64,000 nucleotides of DNA from contig NW_003314325.1 of assembly GCF_000143415.4 (NCBI RefSeq), forward strand, positions 776,086 through 840,085, written 5' to 3'. Position numbers and translations under genes: made by a program. This document shows positions 38,806 through 50,340 of this stretch, one piece after another. This stretch comes from Selaginella moellendorffii (Eukaryota; Plantae; Lycopodiophyta). Every line of letters starts with the position of its first letter. Position 1 is the stretch's first letter. Below the pieces are notes generated by a model. That model was not told the DNA's origin and searched no databases. It saw only the letters and a list, made by a program, of their open reading frames with translations.

Positions 38806-39079
38806 GAAACTATCAAGATTCTAGGGAAGAAAACTGCTACCTTCATTTCCAGCAGGAAAAGCAGAAGTGATGAGCAAGCACAAGGTAAAGCTCCATGAGA
38901 CACAGTGTGAAGTGTTGGTCACTGAATGGTAGCTACTGGAGTTATTGTTGATTACCGTTACCATGAACATAATTATGCTTGGAATCCTGATCCACATTTC
39001 CCTGCTCCCCAAGTGGGGAGTACATCACAACCAAAAATGTGATATAGACAAAGGTTATGACAAGTAAATCAACAGTTTT

Positions 39080-40020
39080 TTTGCTGATTTCTGTCCCAAC
39101 TCAAGACATCGCAATATGAAACATTGCCTCCAAATATGTCGAGAGAAGAGCCAGCAGTCCAGCATTTCTGTTGAGATCCAGATCTTCGAGCGATGTTACT
39201 GCACCAGCATACGTAACCGGGAGCTACACCAATAGTCACTCACAACTAAGCATGAAGAGTCCAAGATGATACGTACTGGAAACCAAGATGTTGACAAGCT
39301 CCTCATCGATTCCCGGCCTGGTGTGGTGGTAAGATTCCAGCTTAAACTATTCTACTTGTCTTACGTTTTCCTTCCGAGATCCACCTCATGGACATGAAAG
39401 TTAAGATTGCGCTAAACCAGCTAGAGTTTCTATCAATGATTGGCAGATCACTAAACTTTTTGCCACCAGTCAGTATACTCCATCCTGACAAGACATTTTC
39501 TTTTAGATATGTTACTACAAGGAATTTACTCGCCTTCTTGCTGCAACTCAGGTCCAAAACAAGCCTCTTCCAACCTAAGACGATCAAGCACTGGCAATCA
39601 CATGACTCGCTCTAGCATCGAGTCGTGTTCCACAAGTTGACACCACCACCGATCTGCAAGCCAGCAGAAGATCAATGTAATAGAAAGAAACATTTTCTAA
39701 ACATTACTTGCCCAACAGTGCCGTGAGCGCTGCTTTCAAGCTCAAAGAATCTCCCCGGTTTTGAACTCATTGGTGCTCCTGGGATTGCAATTCACATGGG
39801 AGAATTCCAGCGGATCGTCAAGCTGTGCGGTTTCACCCCTGCATACAATGTAAGGGTTATTTATGGAGTGTAGAGATAATACAATGAGTAAGGAAGCAAC
39901 TGATGGGGTCTACTCTGATGGATTCAGTGGTTGTGAATTTTGAGTCAGAGAAATCGGCTGCCAAGTTTGTTGGAATGTACCTACGGGTGATCTTCCCTGC
40001 GAACTTGTGTTCATAGCAAG
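39080..40020 (-). pseudogene. Degenerate HISN3 duplicate; its 5' part (~39780-40020) is inverted to the + strand
   Basis: 39080-39757 aligns with 40905-41797 ([16 protein letters not shown]) with deletions. 39820-40015 on + gives [25 protein letters not shown]. Confidence 0.85.
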
Positions 40021-40429
40021 GAGTTCAAATGGCATTGCAGCAGTAGGATCAGTATTTAACATTGTAATGCCTTATGCCATGTTATGTTCTTTGAGAGTTC
40101 ACAACTAAAGATGACTCCACCTTAATAGTGCCTGGCCAGTATTAATAAGACCTGGCCAAATTGCGATAGGCACTAGGCAGTTCCAGCCATGGTTTTCGGC
40201 ACTCTTTCTAAAAGCGAAGTTGCAAATGTTTTGGCACTGGTTGGTATAGACTGGCCTGGGTTGTAAATGAAAGTCTCGGTTCTTGGCCTTGAATTGTCCA
40301 GCCACCTTGGCCAGTCTTTGCGCTACAATGGCAGGCATTTCCAAGTAATGTTTTACAATGAGTGTGTTCTTGGACTTGTGGAAGTGAAAAAAACTTGTTT
40401 AGGTTAAGTTCTCAAAGAACAGAACATCG

Positions 40430-40695
40430 CTAGGGAAGAACATAACATGGCCTAGCCTTGAAAAGAAATACAAAAAACATCCAACCAAAAATCATGGAAA
40501 ACACGCACAGAGCTCTATCGAGCCCACAAGTGTTTGTTTGATCCATCGCATGGTCTGTAAATCCAGCTCAAACAGTAAGAAACTATCAAGATTATAGAGA
40601 AGAAAACTGCTACCTTCATTTCCAGCAGCAAAAGCAGCAGTGATGCGCAGGCACGATAGGAGCAATGCAAGCAGAAGCTTTTGAGAAGGAGCCAT
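40430..40695 (-). CDS. Two-exon 68-aa microprotein: signal peptide, short polar linker, hydrophobic TM/GPI-like tail
   Basis: Exons 40695-40614 and 40554-40430 with a 59-bp GT-AG intron: MAPSQKLLLALLLSCLRITAAFAAGNE|DHAMDQTNTCGLDRALCVFSMIFGWMFFVFLFKARPCYVLP*. The array paralog keeps both ends in frame. Confidence 0.62.
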
Positions 40696-40901
40696 TTCTC
40701 CACAACAGGAGCAAAAGGAATGAGGAAACAGAAGGGGCAGCCATAGGTAAAGCTCCACGAGCAGAGACTCACACAGAAGCTCCCACCGACTTTTAGAATG
40801 CGAAGTGTTGGTCACTGAATGGTCATAGCGTTTACAATTTAGGGTGGATCAAAAGACGACCTAACCTCGGAAATGAATTCAGGATTAATATTATACAAAG
40901 A

Positions 40902-42169
40902 TTAAGATTGCTGATCTCTGTGCCAACTCAAGACATCGGAATATGAAACATTGCCTCCAAATATGTCGAGAGCAGAGCCAACAGTCACGTCTACAACGCC
41001 TCGCCCAGCATTTTTTATGAGATCCAGATCTTCGAGCGATGTTACCCCACCAGCATACGTAACCGGGATCTACACCAATAGTCACTCACAAGTAAGACAC
41101 CCAGATCATGAAGAGTCAAAGATGATACGTACTGGAGACCATTGGCCCAAGATCTTGACAAGCTCCTCGTCGATTCCCAGCCTGGGGTAGCAGCGGTGGC
41201 GATAAGATTCCAGCTTAAACTATTCTTACTACTTGTCTTACCGCTTTCCTTCGACGTCCACCCCATGGACAAGAAACTCGTCAGCTGATTGCGCCAAACC
41301 GGATAGAGTTCCTTCAGTGATAGGCAGATCACTGAACTTTTGCCACCGGTCGGTCACGACCATGTACACTCCATCCTGGTAAAGTTTCAGATGTTACAAG
41401 CTATCCATAGCATTGCGTTTTACTCACCTTCTTTCTGCAACTCAGGTCCAAAACGAGCCTCTTCCGGCCAACTAGGCGTACTAGCCGCTGGAGCCTTTCA
41501 GTGTCGACCTTGCCGTCCTTAAACACGAACTAGAAAAACCAAAGTTGGAGTTATTCCCTCATAAGACTGATATAAAACACTTACCGAGGTGACAATCACA
41601 TGACTCGCTCCAGCATCGAGATAAGACTTCGCGTTCCCCAAGTTGACACCGCCACCGATCTGCAAGCCACCTGAAATCTAGCAGAAACGAGAGCTGTCAA
41701 AACCTAGAAACAAATGCAATAGTAAGAAAAAAACATCACTTGCCCGGATACGCTTCCAGTGCCGCGAGCGCTGCTTTCAGGCTCAAAGAATCTCCCCCGA
41801 GCATGATCACGTGTCCACCGGGAAGATCATCGCGGCGATACATTCCAGCAAACTCGGCAGCCGATTTCTCCGACTCGAAATTCACAACCAGCGAAGACTG
41901 CGACGAATCCAGCAGAGTAGATCCCACGATTTGCTTCACCTTTCCCTACAAAAAAACGCACACATCCAGCATTGTATCTCTCTCTCTCTGAAACCCTTAC
42001 ATTGTGGATGTCAATGCAGGGCCTAAAGCGCACAGCTCGACGATCGACTGGAAATCTCCAAGAACACGGTCAATCCCGATCACATTCGCGGATTACCTTG
42101 CTGCTGCTGGCCGATCGGACGAGATGGAGAGAAGGAAGAAGAAGAAGACGAAGCAAACGCGCGCTCCAT
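40902..42169 (-). CDS. HISN3: ProFAR (BBM II) isomerase, histidine biosynthesis (HisA/HIS6 family), 8 exons
   Basis: Ser-rich N-terminus; [10 protein letters not shown]|[69 protein letters not shown]; the exons join in frame. Confidence 0.93.
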
Positions 42170-42259
42170 CCTCGAAATAGTTTTGCCCTAGCGAACGGTT
42201 TAGGGCTTATGCGGGGCTTTAACGGCCTTGACAGAATATCCCTAGACGGAATGTCCATT

Positions 42260-42329
42260 CCGCGTGGACCCCCTAAAGCGCGCCAGCGCGGCAATGCGAC
42301 AGCCGCATCAACGCGGAAACGCAGCGCGT
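42260..42329. promoter_or_regulatory. Cluster of five CGCG boxes in the divergent HISN3/calmodulin promoter
   Basis: CCGCGT 42260, GCGCGC 42278, GCGCGG 42286, ACGCGG 42311, GCGCGT 42324. Confidence 0.4.
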
Positions 42330-42676
42330 TCTTTACCAAAGCGCCTTTACACTGGCGCTTTGGAGCTACCAAACCGCTAACCACGCCCTTCCCCACTGCG
42401 CCTCCCGTTACGCTATGGATGCCGCAATGGTTTTTTAAAAATAAGAAATTCTCGCGATTTTCTTGCTTCTTCGCCGCAGGATCACAGCACCAAGCTTGGA
42501 GCTTCGTCTCGGACTTCCATCGCTTCTTCGCAGGTAAATCTCCAAACTCTCTAGATCTGGGCCTTGAATTCGTAGCTTAAGCGCTTGGATTTTGCCCGTG
42601 TCTCCCGGACGGAAAAATGAAATGGTTTCCAGTGCAGGGCTCTTGGCGGCTCGAGAAGAGAGAGAGAGAGTGAGCG

Positions 42677-43239
42677 ATGGCAGCCGCGGCCGAGCAGCTC
42701 ACACAGGAGCAATTGGCGGAGTTCAAGGAAGCCTTCAGCTTGTTCGACAAAGATGGTGATGGTAAGAAGATGAAAACTCTTTCTTCCTCGTGTTCTTCCT
42801 TCGCGTTCTTCCTAGTTCTTAGATCATTCCTCTAAATCCTTTGATACAATCGGGGAATCCGCCAGGCTGCATTACAACCAAGGAGCTGGGCACGGTGATG
42901 AGATCCCTGGGACAGAACCCAACCGAGGCGGAGCTGCAGGACATGATCAACGAGGTGGACGCCGACGGCAATGGAACCATCGATTTCGCCGAGTTCTTGA
43001 GCCTCATGGCGCGCAAGATGAAGGACACGGACTCGGAGGAGGAGCTCAAGGAGGCGTTCCGGGTGTTCGACAAGGACCAGAACGGATTCATCTCCGCGGT
43101 GGAGCTGCGGCACGTAATGACGAATCTGGGCGAGAAGCTCACGGACGAGGAGGTGGACGAGATGATCCGGGAGGCGGACGTGGACGGCGACGGGCAGATC
43201 AACTACGAGGAGTTTGTCAAGATGATGATGGTCAAGTAG
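42677..43239 (+). CDS. CAM: Calmodulin, 152 aa, 2 coding exons (42677-42761, 42866-43239)
   Basis: [15 protein letters not shown]|[31 protein letters not shown]...; four EF-hands; intron at the conserved plant position in Gly of EF1; probable 5'UTR intron 42534-42638. Confidence 0.98.
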
Positions 43240-43861
43240 GACGGATCTCGAGGTTTCAAGACCTCTAGATCAAGCTCGAGAGAAATCAAGAGTGAGAAAG
43301 AGAAAGTTTAACATTTATATATAGGTTTTTTTCGTTGATCATCGCCTCTTTCTTTGCTTTGTGATCATGGTCCGCATTATGCAGAAATATCTTTCTCTCC
43401 TCTCTCTCTTAGATCGATCGATTGACGTCCGCGAATATGCTTGATATAATCCGACCACGTATTTGACCACATGCTTGTACCCGCCACCTTTTGTCATGCG
43501 TGCAATTCGTATCGTTTTCCTTGCATCCCATCGTCTATGGACTAGAATTCTTGTTTTTTTCCCCCTCAGTTTTCAATGCTGAGCGGATAATGCCCAGCTT
43601 GCGAGGCAAGGAAAAACAAAATACATAAAAAAAGCATCAATTCAACCACGTACCCTTATGAATCCTCGACACTTGGCTAGTCTGCATATTCCTTGACAGG
43701 AATATTTTCTCATCTTCCTTGCATTCATACAAGCTTCGAAGGGGCAGAAAAATAAGAAGTTCCGCAGATCCCGCTCTCCGCACCTGAACTCAACACCTGC
43801 AGCACCTGCACTCAGTCCGCACCGCACTCAGCACCTGCACACACCCCAAGCCAGTAAGATC

Positions 43862-44682
43862 ATGCAAAGCCTTGCCTCGTGTCAGCTGCTCCACTACCCC
43901 CACAGCGTTGGAGTCTTGGGCGGAGGATTCCACTCCGTCCCGACCCTGCAATTCCTCAAGAGGCTCCGGGAGGCCACAGCGGCCGAGGGCGACCTCCTCC
44001 GCATCCCCCTCGTGCTCTGCGGCGATCCAAACGCCTCCCACCACCTCGGCGCTCTCATCCAGCAGCGAGAGTTTCTCGAGGACGCCGGCGCCAAATGCAT
44101 TGCGCTGCCCTGCCCCTCGTCCCTCCGCTGGTTTACGTGCCTCGACTCGGGCTCCTCCGCCAAGCTGCTCAACGTCGTCGATTCCCTCGTCGAGGAGCTC
44201 CACCGCGCCGAGCTGCGGCCGCTCCAGGGCGCCGCCAGGCCCAGGATTGGGATCCTCACTTGCCAGGGCCTCGAGTTCTACCAGGAGAAGCTTGAGCAAG
44301 AGGTGATGTCCTCGAAGAGCTAGCAGCTTCTGATGACATAAGTTGGATCTTCCTTCTCTTTTTCCCACAGGGATTCGAGGTTGTGCTGCCAGACAAGGCC
44401 TCCAAGGATCGTCTCATCGTTCCAGCCATGGCGGCTCTCGAGAGGAGAGACTTCCAGGGACACCGGAGCCTCATTCGCGTCGCGATCCATATGCTGCTCG
44501 TGAATGCCGTCAACCGGGTCATCGGGGACGATCTCACGGCTGCGCTGTGGGCCGATGATCCTTTACTCCTCCAGTGCATCGATCCGGCAAACTCGCTGGC
44601 CAAAGCTACGGTGAATTGGGCCAAGCAGCAGATCCAAACTCACGATATCAAGTGTCGGGGACGACGAGCTTGCGATCTCTGA
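43862..44682 (+). CDS. Aspartate/glutamate racemase family protein (At1g15410-like); intron 44303-44370; true start may be upstream
   Basis: VGVLGG, PLVLCGDP, FLEDAGAKCIALPC, FYQEKLEQE|GFEVVLPDKA, LLVNAVN, DDPLLLQCIDP. Confidence 0.85.
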
Positions 44683-44786
44683 TATAAGAACTTAGCGAGC
44701 TTTGAGCTGGAAAATAACTTTATACACAAGTGTTAATATACACAAATAGATTCAATCGACAAACCCGGAGAGAGTTGCTCTGTGGA

Positions 44787-46108
44787 TCACAGCTTCATCA
44801 CGCACATCGCTCCCCACGGTGGATTGTGCTGGTGATCCAGCGGAGGCTTGGTTACCACGGCTCGCCATGTCCGCTTCACCGGATGGTAAATCTGGAATAG
44901 AATGTTACACCTTCTCGTGGTGCTCCGGGACCACGAACGAGGACTCCTCTCGTATCGCTGCTCGTTCACGCCGCCAGGAATCACGTAAACTTCCCCGTCC
45001 AGTCCTACCAATCGGCAGGAGCTCTCGGCGGCCAGCGGCGATGGAAGCTCGGACTCTGGATACCACCGGTTGGATCCAAAGTCATATCTAGAAAGCCAAG
45101 AACAATCGATGTTACGCGAGAAAACAAAGAAACCACTCAACCATACCTGAGAAGCTTCGAGTTCTCCAGCATGAAAACGCTGGGAAGACCGTCAACATCT
45201 CCATACAACACGGCAATCCTCCCGAGACGAAGCCTCTCTCCATCCTCCCACATCGCCTCGAGCTTCCTCCAGCTCCCACTACCAAAGCTGAAAACCTCTC
45301 CATCGTTGTAGTGCTCGTCAACCGGCAGGACCCCGGAAATGGTCCGAGCCTCGCCATAGCCACCGATCACCCAAAACTCGTCCCCTACAAAAAATCCCGA
45401 GCACCCGGCCCGGATGCTGTGGAGCCCCGGAAGACTCTCCCACGAATCTCTTGCCAGATCGTACTTCTCCGCCTCGCAAATCCTGTCACCGCCAGCTCGA
45501 AACTGGGCGTGACGCGATCCACCGCCAGCCACGATCAAGCACCCCTGGAAGATCCCACACGCAAAGCTCCCCCTGGGAGTTTTCATGTCCTGGCACTGCT
45601 CCCACTGTGATCTCACCGGATCATACTTGAAGACCGAGGAGGAAGCCACAGGACGATCCATGGGAAAGTTCCTGGCGTCGAAGAGCGATCCGCCAAGCAC
45701 GTAGAGCTGCTGCCCCGCGGCCACGCACTCGAAGTTGCTCATGCTGTAGCGCGAGGGATTGCACGGCATCGGCGAGAATGTGCTCCATAGCTGCGCGCGC
45801 GGATCAAACACCTCGCCGCGGCAGAGCGACGGATCGTCGCGGAAGAGGTAGAGGAACTCCTCGCCCTTGCCCAGCTTCCGGCGGAGCTGGATGATGAAAT
45901 CGCCCGACAGCGCCGCGTTCCAGGATCGGCACACGGATCTCAAGCGGCCGTGCTGCCAAAGCGGCACGCACGCCAGGCACACGCAAGCCAGATCATTCGG
46001 GAGCCCTGGAATGAGATTGCGGATGCCGAGCGTCGAGAATTCCAGCCACAGGCTGCTCGCGGAGGATCCACTGGCGCCATTGACGATCCTGCCCCTGCTC
46101 CTAACCAT
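44787..46108 (-). CDS. F-box/kelch-repeat protein, OR23-like (exons 46108-45147, 45087-44787)
   Basis: F-box LIPGLPNDLACVCLACVP; kelch YVLGGS, PRGSFAC, IVAGGG, FWVIGGYG; ISGVLPVDEHY; C-terminal TWRAVVTKPP. Confidence 0.92.
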
Positions 46109-46727
46109 CAAATCCTCTACCTGGACGACGCGAAGACCCCGCCCCAGGCCCCAAGAACCCTAATCTGGCATTTCCCAACAAAAGGTGTGACCGGTCGGAT
46201 GTGCGACAAGTGGCACGATCCTAACCGTTGGCATAATGCCTTTTAAATTAACGTAAAGTAGATATATAGATAATACAAACCGGCAGCCTCTTTTCCAGTC
46301 GAGAGCGTCGTCTCGAAAATTTCCATCTCGACTTGGTCACTGTTGCTGGCCTCTAGAACAATCACCGGAACGAAAAAACTTTGAGCCCCGGTGCTAAGTA
46401 AGTAGTTGTCACTTCTCCAATTCTCGAATCAATTTCACGGCTTTCCAATTCCCAGATCATTCCACCACCTACACACCACGAGAGCAATCCATTAGAACAA
46501 ATCGAGAAGCGAGAGAGCTCTTCGAGACATTACCCCTGCGAGCCCGAAAAATCTCTAAGTCGTTCAAGTCGAGCGATGGCTGTGGCCTTCATCGCTTGAG
46601 CTGTTCGAAGACCTTCTAGCCGTGGGTGGGAACGGTTCATACATCCTACTAGAAAGGAAAAACACAAAACCATTTCTCTCGTCAGTTCGCTACGCACGAA
46701 GAAAGAAGGCGAAAACGAGAAACTAGC

Positions 46728-48799
46728 TTACCCCAAGTGCAGTGATGTCTGCAGCATCTGTGGGTGGTGTTCCACAAACGCTGGCAATGGAGCTAACTGG
46801 CCATGAATCGAGAATGGCAAAGTTACAGACGGAGGTTCCCTTGTCTCCAGTGGAGTTGCTACCACGTTGAGGGTAGCCAACGGCTTTCCACCACTATCAA
46901 TTACGCTGTGGATGCCATTGAGCTGCGTGAGGAAAAAAAAAAGAGAAAATTTAGAAGAAACTTGTTAACAAAACACGAAAAGAAAAGAAAAAACGTTACC
47001 TTCCGCCTCAGATGGTCATTTTCTCTCTGCAGATGAAGCTCCTGTAAGAAAATGTGTTAGTTTCACCTTGCATACACGAGACAAAAGAGAAAATGAGAAT
47101 TTACCTTCCTACGGAGCTCGTCGAGCTGTTCGGCAATGAGCTGATCCTGTTAAAACGCACAACCCCATGGTTACGGATAGATTCAGACAAGCTTTTGTTT
47201 GAACTCACCTTTCTAGCGCGGATACGTTCAAGTCCACTCAGCAGTCGGTGCTCTAGCTGCTGTAGATCCTTGATGCCTAAGTGTATGAGATCCTCGCCAA
47301 CCATGTGGCTGCAGACAATCGCAAACAAACTTTAGAGAGTTTTGCTTTTCTGATGCTGCAAGCAGAAGCATACCGGTGAGTCTGCTGCAGCTGTTCTATT
47401 TGTTGCTTGAGACGAATGAGCTCTCGACCCCAGCGCTACAATAAAAGACACACCAAAGCTTTCAGTACAGAGAAACTACAAAAGAGACTTCATCTCAACT
47501 CACCTCATTATCGTGATCGACGATACTGGTGTTATGGTTTCCCTCGGGGTACCTCCCATAGCGATCCAGTATCTCCTTCATGCTTCATTTGGAACCAAAA
47601 GAAACAAAGGTGAGTGAACGAGTTTCCAAGCTCTCTACGGCGAGAGAAAAAAGTACCACCAAGTCAAGGAGAGAAAAAAAAAAAACAAAACCGCACAAAA
47701 ACGCAAATAAACACGACGAAAATGACATGCAACACAAACAACTGGGAATTAACTTCCCTTCCGACCCGCAGTCTCAATCCCCACTTTATCTGACGCGTCA
47801 GATTACCCAGCAAGCCATGGCAAACTGTACTAAACCAATGCAGACAAACTAGATCCGGCCATTGGATCCACACACCACCCGAATCCATCCACGGCCACAA
47901 TTGGCTCCCTCACGTACCTTATCCAGATTTTCCCGCAGCAAAGACCATTCCTTTGGGAAAGAAGAAGAAGGAACTCACAAAAACAAACAAGACAAACCAC
48001 CCGAGACTGAGAAGAGAGAGAGAGAGAGAGGCAAAAAAGAAATTGCAGAAAGAGCGACTCCATCCATCCATCCAACCATCGCACAGATTCTACGGCAAGC
48101 ATCAATTTCAGGACAGATGCAACTTGCGTTTAGCCGCATTTACAGCCACCGATTGGCTCGCAGAATCTGCTCACGCGATGTCCAGCAAAAAGAAAGGCAA
48201 GAAAAATATCGTACCACAAGTAGTTAACAGACGTAAACACGCCATCAAACTCAGTTTTCAATCAGGAAACCACAACGAGAAAACGATGTTTAACGCAGCC
48301 AACCAAAAACCGGCAAATCGAAGCCACAGAGGGAAAGAAAAAACAGGAGGAAGCACGAATCAGCAAACTTTTTTCTGAAAAGGGTAATGCAGAAACCACA
48401 CCAACAAGCCAAAACAAACAATATGCTGCCTCTCCTTTCGATGGCTTTTATCTCCTTCTCTCCAGGACTGACTGCCAAGAACACGATACGGCGCCCAAAC
48501 AACCATGCAATCGATCCGTCCGAGAGAGCCCAGGCAATGCCAGCTCGCAAATTCCAAAAGAAAGCAAACCAGCCAGCTACCGCTCGATGGATTCTCGCGG
48601 AGAACACGTACCTGGTGCTGCTGGAGGAGTACTCAAAGAGCTTGCCGGTGCTGGAGAAGATGATGAGCGCAATCTGGGCATCGCACAGCACCGACAGCTC
48701 GTGCGCCTTCTTGAGCAGGCCACCGCGGCGCTTGGAGAAGGTAACCTGCCGATTCGTGGCATTCTCTATCCGCTTGATCTCGATTTTCCCGCGGCCCAT
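46728..48799 (-). CDS. MIKC(c)-type MADS-box transcription factor, 7 coding exons (alternative end at 46564)
   Basis: [41 protein letters not shown]; ~1 kb intron 1; I exon SMKEILDRY; K-box [27 protein letters not shown], two 42-bp exons; C-terminal LQTSLHLG. Confidence 0.95.
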
Positions 48800-49401
48800 T
48801 GGAAAGAAGAAATCTCGGCGCCGCGGGTGGGAAAGAGAGATAGGGAGGGAGATCCTTGGCGAGGCAATGCTTACTGCGTCGCGGCTCCCACGTCCGGGCT
48901 TCCACTTCCGGCTTCCACTTCGAGCTTCTAGCGCTTTTTAGAGCTCGTCCGCCCCTGCTTTTAAGCCCCCTTTCCTATTCCGGCGCCGCCGCCCTATACA
49001 TGCACACACACAGCACGACGAAGGCGGAGAAGAAGAAATCTTCCGCCATAGCCAGCGCGCCCCGCCCAGCGCCGCGCGCTCGCCTCAAAGAAACCTAAAA
49101 TATTATCGCGCCCAAGAGCGCGATCTAGAGGAAGAAGAAGAAGAAGAAGAGAAGCTCCTTCGTCATTCCTATGGAGTTTTATCCCCACTTCTCATTTGAA
49201 AAATTGCCCCCATTGCTCGTTGAAGGGCGTGCACGTAAAATCTAATCCCCTGTACTGCATTTTTACTTTTCGGGCCTACGCTATGCCCGTCAACGCCCGT
49301 CGGCGCCCGTCACGGGCATACGGTGGCTATTCCGAGGCTGTGCACCGTATCTCGTATGCCCCGTTTAGCTTAGGGCTTTCTATAATTAGCGTTGGCCTTT
49401 G

Positions 49402-49411
49402 CCAATTTTGG
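49402..49411. promoter_or_regulatory. Perfect CArG box ~600 bp upstream of the MADS ATG
   Basis: CCAATTTTGG fits CC(A/T)6GG. Confidence 0.35.
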
Positions 49412-50248
49412 AAGCCTTCGCCGCCGGGTCCGCGAGGAGGTAATTATTGCAAATGTGGCCCGTACAGGCCCGCGGTAAATGGGAGAATTGGGCATCGCAT
49501 TGGGGGGACTTAACCTTGCGGCGTGGGGTGAAAAAAGTTAATATTTGGCTATACGAGCCGCGGTAAATGCTGGCTAAATGGGACGGGTAACATCTGGCGC
49601 GGCACCTTCCATTACCTTCGATGGGCGCGCCAGCCAATGGGCGCGTTTTCACCCCACTCCCGAGTGTTTTTTACGGCCGCGGTAAGAAGGCGCCGCGGGA
49701 ACGGGAAAAGAAGGAAAAGGACGGACGCCAGAGGCGTGTTCGATTCCCCTCCAGATTTTTTTTCTTTCCAGATTTTTCTTTTACCCCACTTTTTTGCTAT
49801 TTCCTGTTATTTTTAGCGGGAATCATTGCCTAGCCTACGAGGAATATGCCACCGATTCCAATTCGAATTTGAAAAGCTAGGGTTCTTACGACTTCTTTTG
49901 GAAAGGCTGTGTGGAGCCACCATAGCTCTTTCCGTCCCAGATGGAAGAATTGCCTTTCATTATTGTACTTGGTGATTAGTGTCGTTGTCACCAAAAACAA
50001 TGCCTTTCTTTTTCTTCCACTGTGGAGGGCGGGGACTCGTCGGTCCCTCCTCGGGGCCCCCATTCCTCTTTTCTCCTCTGATTCCACGCACGCAAGGCGG
50101 AAAAGGAGAGAGTTTTCTAGCTGGGAAACAGTGTAGAAGAGAGAGAGAGGGAAAGTGAAAGTGAGAGGAGCGAGCTCCAAGTACCTTTGGAGCAGCAGCC
50201 CAGGGCCATCAGATCAGACATCCCTGCGTTCCTGCCGACCCTGTCGCT

Positions 50249-50340
50249 GGTTTGATTTGATTTCTCGTCGCCAAGTTGCTCTCAATCCATTTCAATCCCC
50301 AGGGAGTAACTTAAGGCGCTGAGAAAATCCTGGAATCACC
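50249..50340 (+). ncRNA. Candidate miRNA-like stem-loop
   Basis: TTTCTCGTCGCCAAGTTGCTCTC (50261-50283) pairs with GGGAGTAACTTAAGGCGCTGAGAAA (50302-50326); G:U wobbles favour the + strand; 18-nt loop. Confidence 0.4.

Noticed and set aside
40076-40452. MITE with GCCATGTTATGTTCTT inverted ends
   Set aside because: The ends are copies of the microprotein 3' end and no TSD was found
42819-43202. Antisense ORFs over calmodulin, racemase, F-box and GPN1
   Set aside because: Shadow ORFs from GC3-rich codon usage
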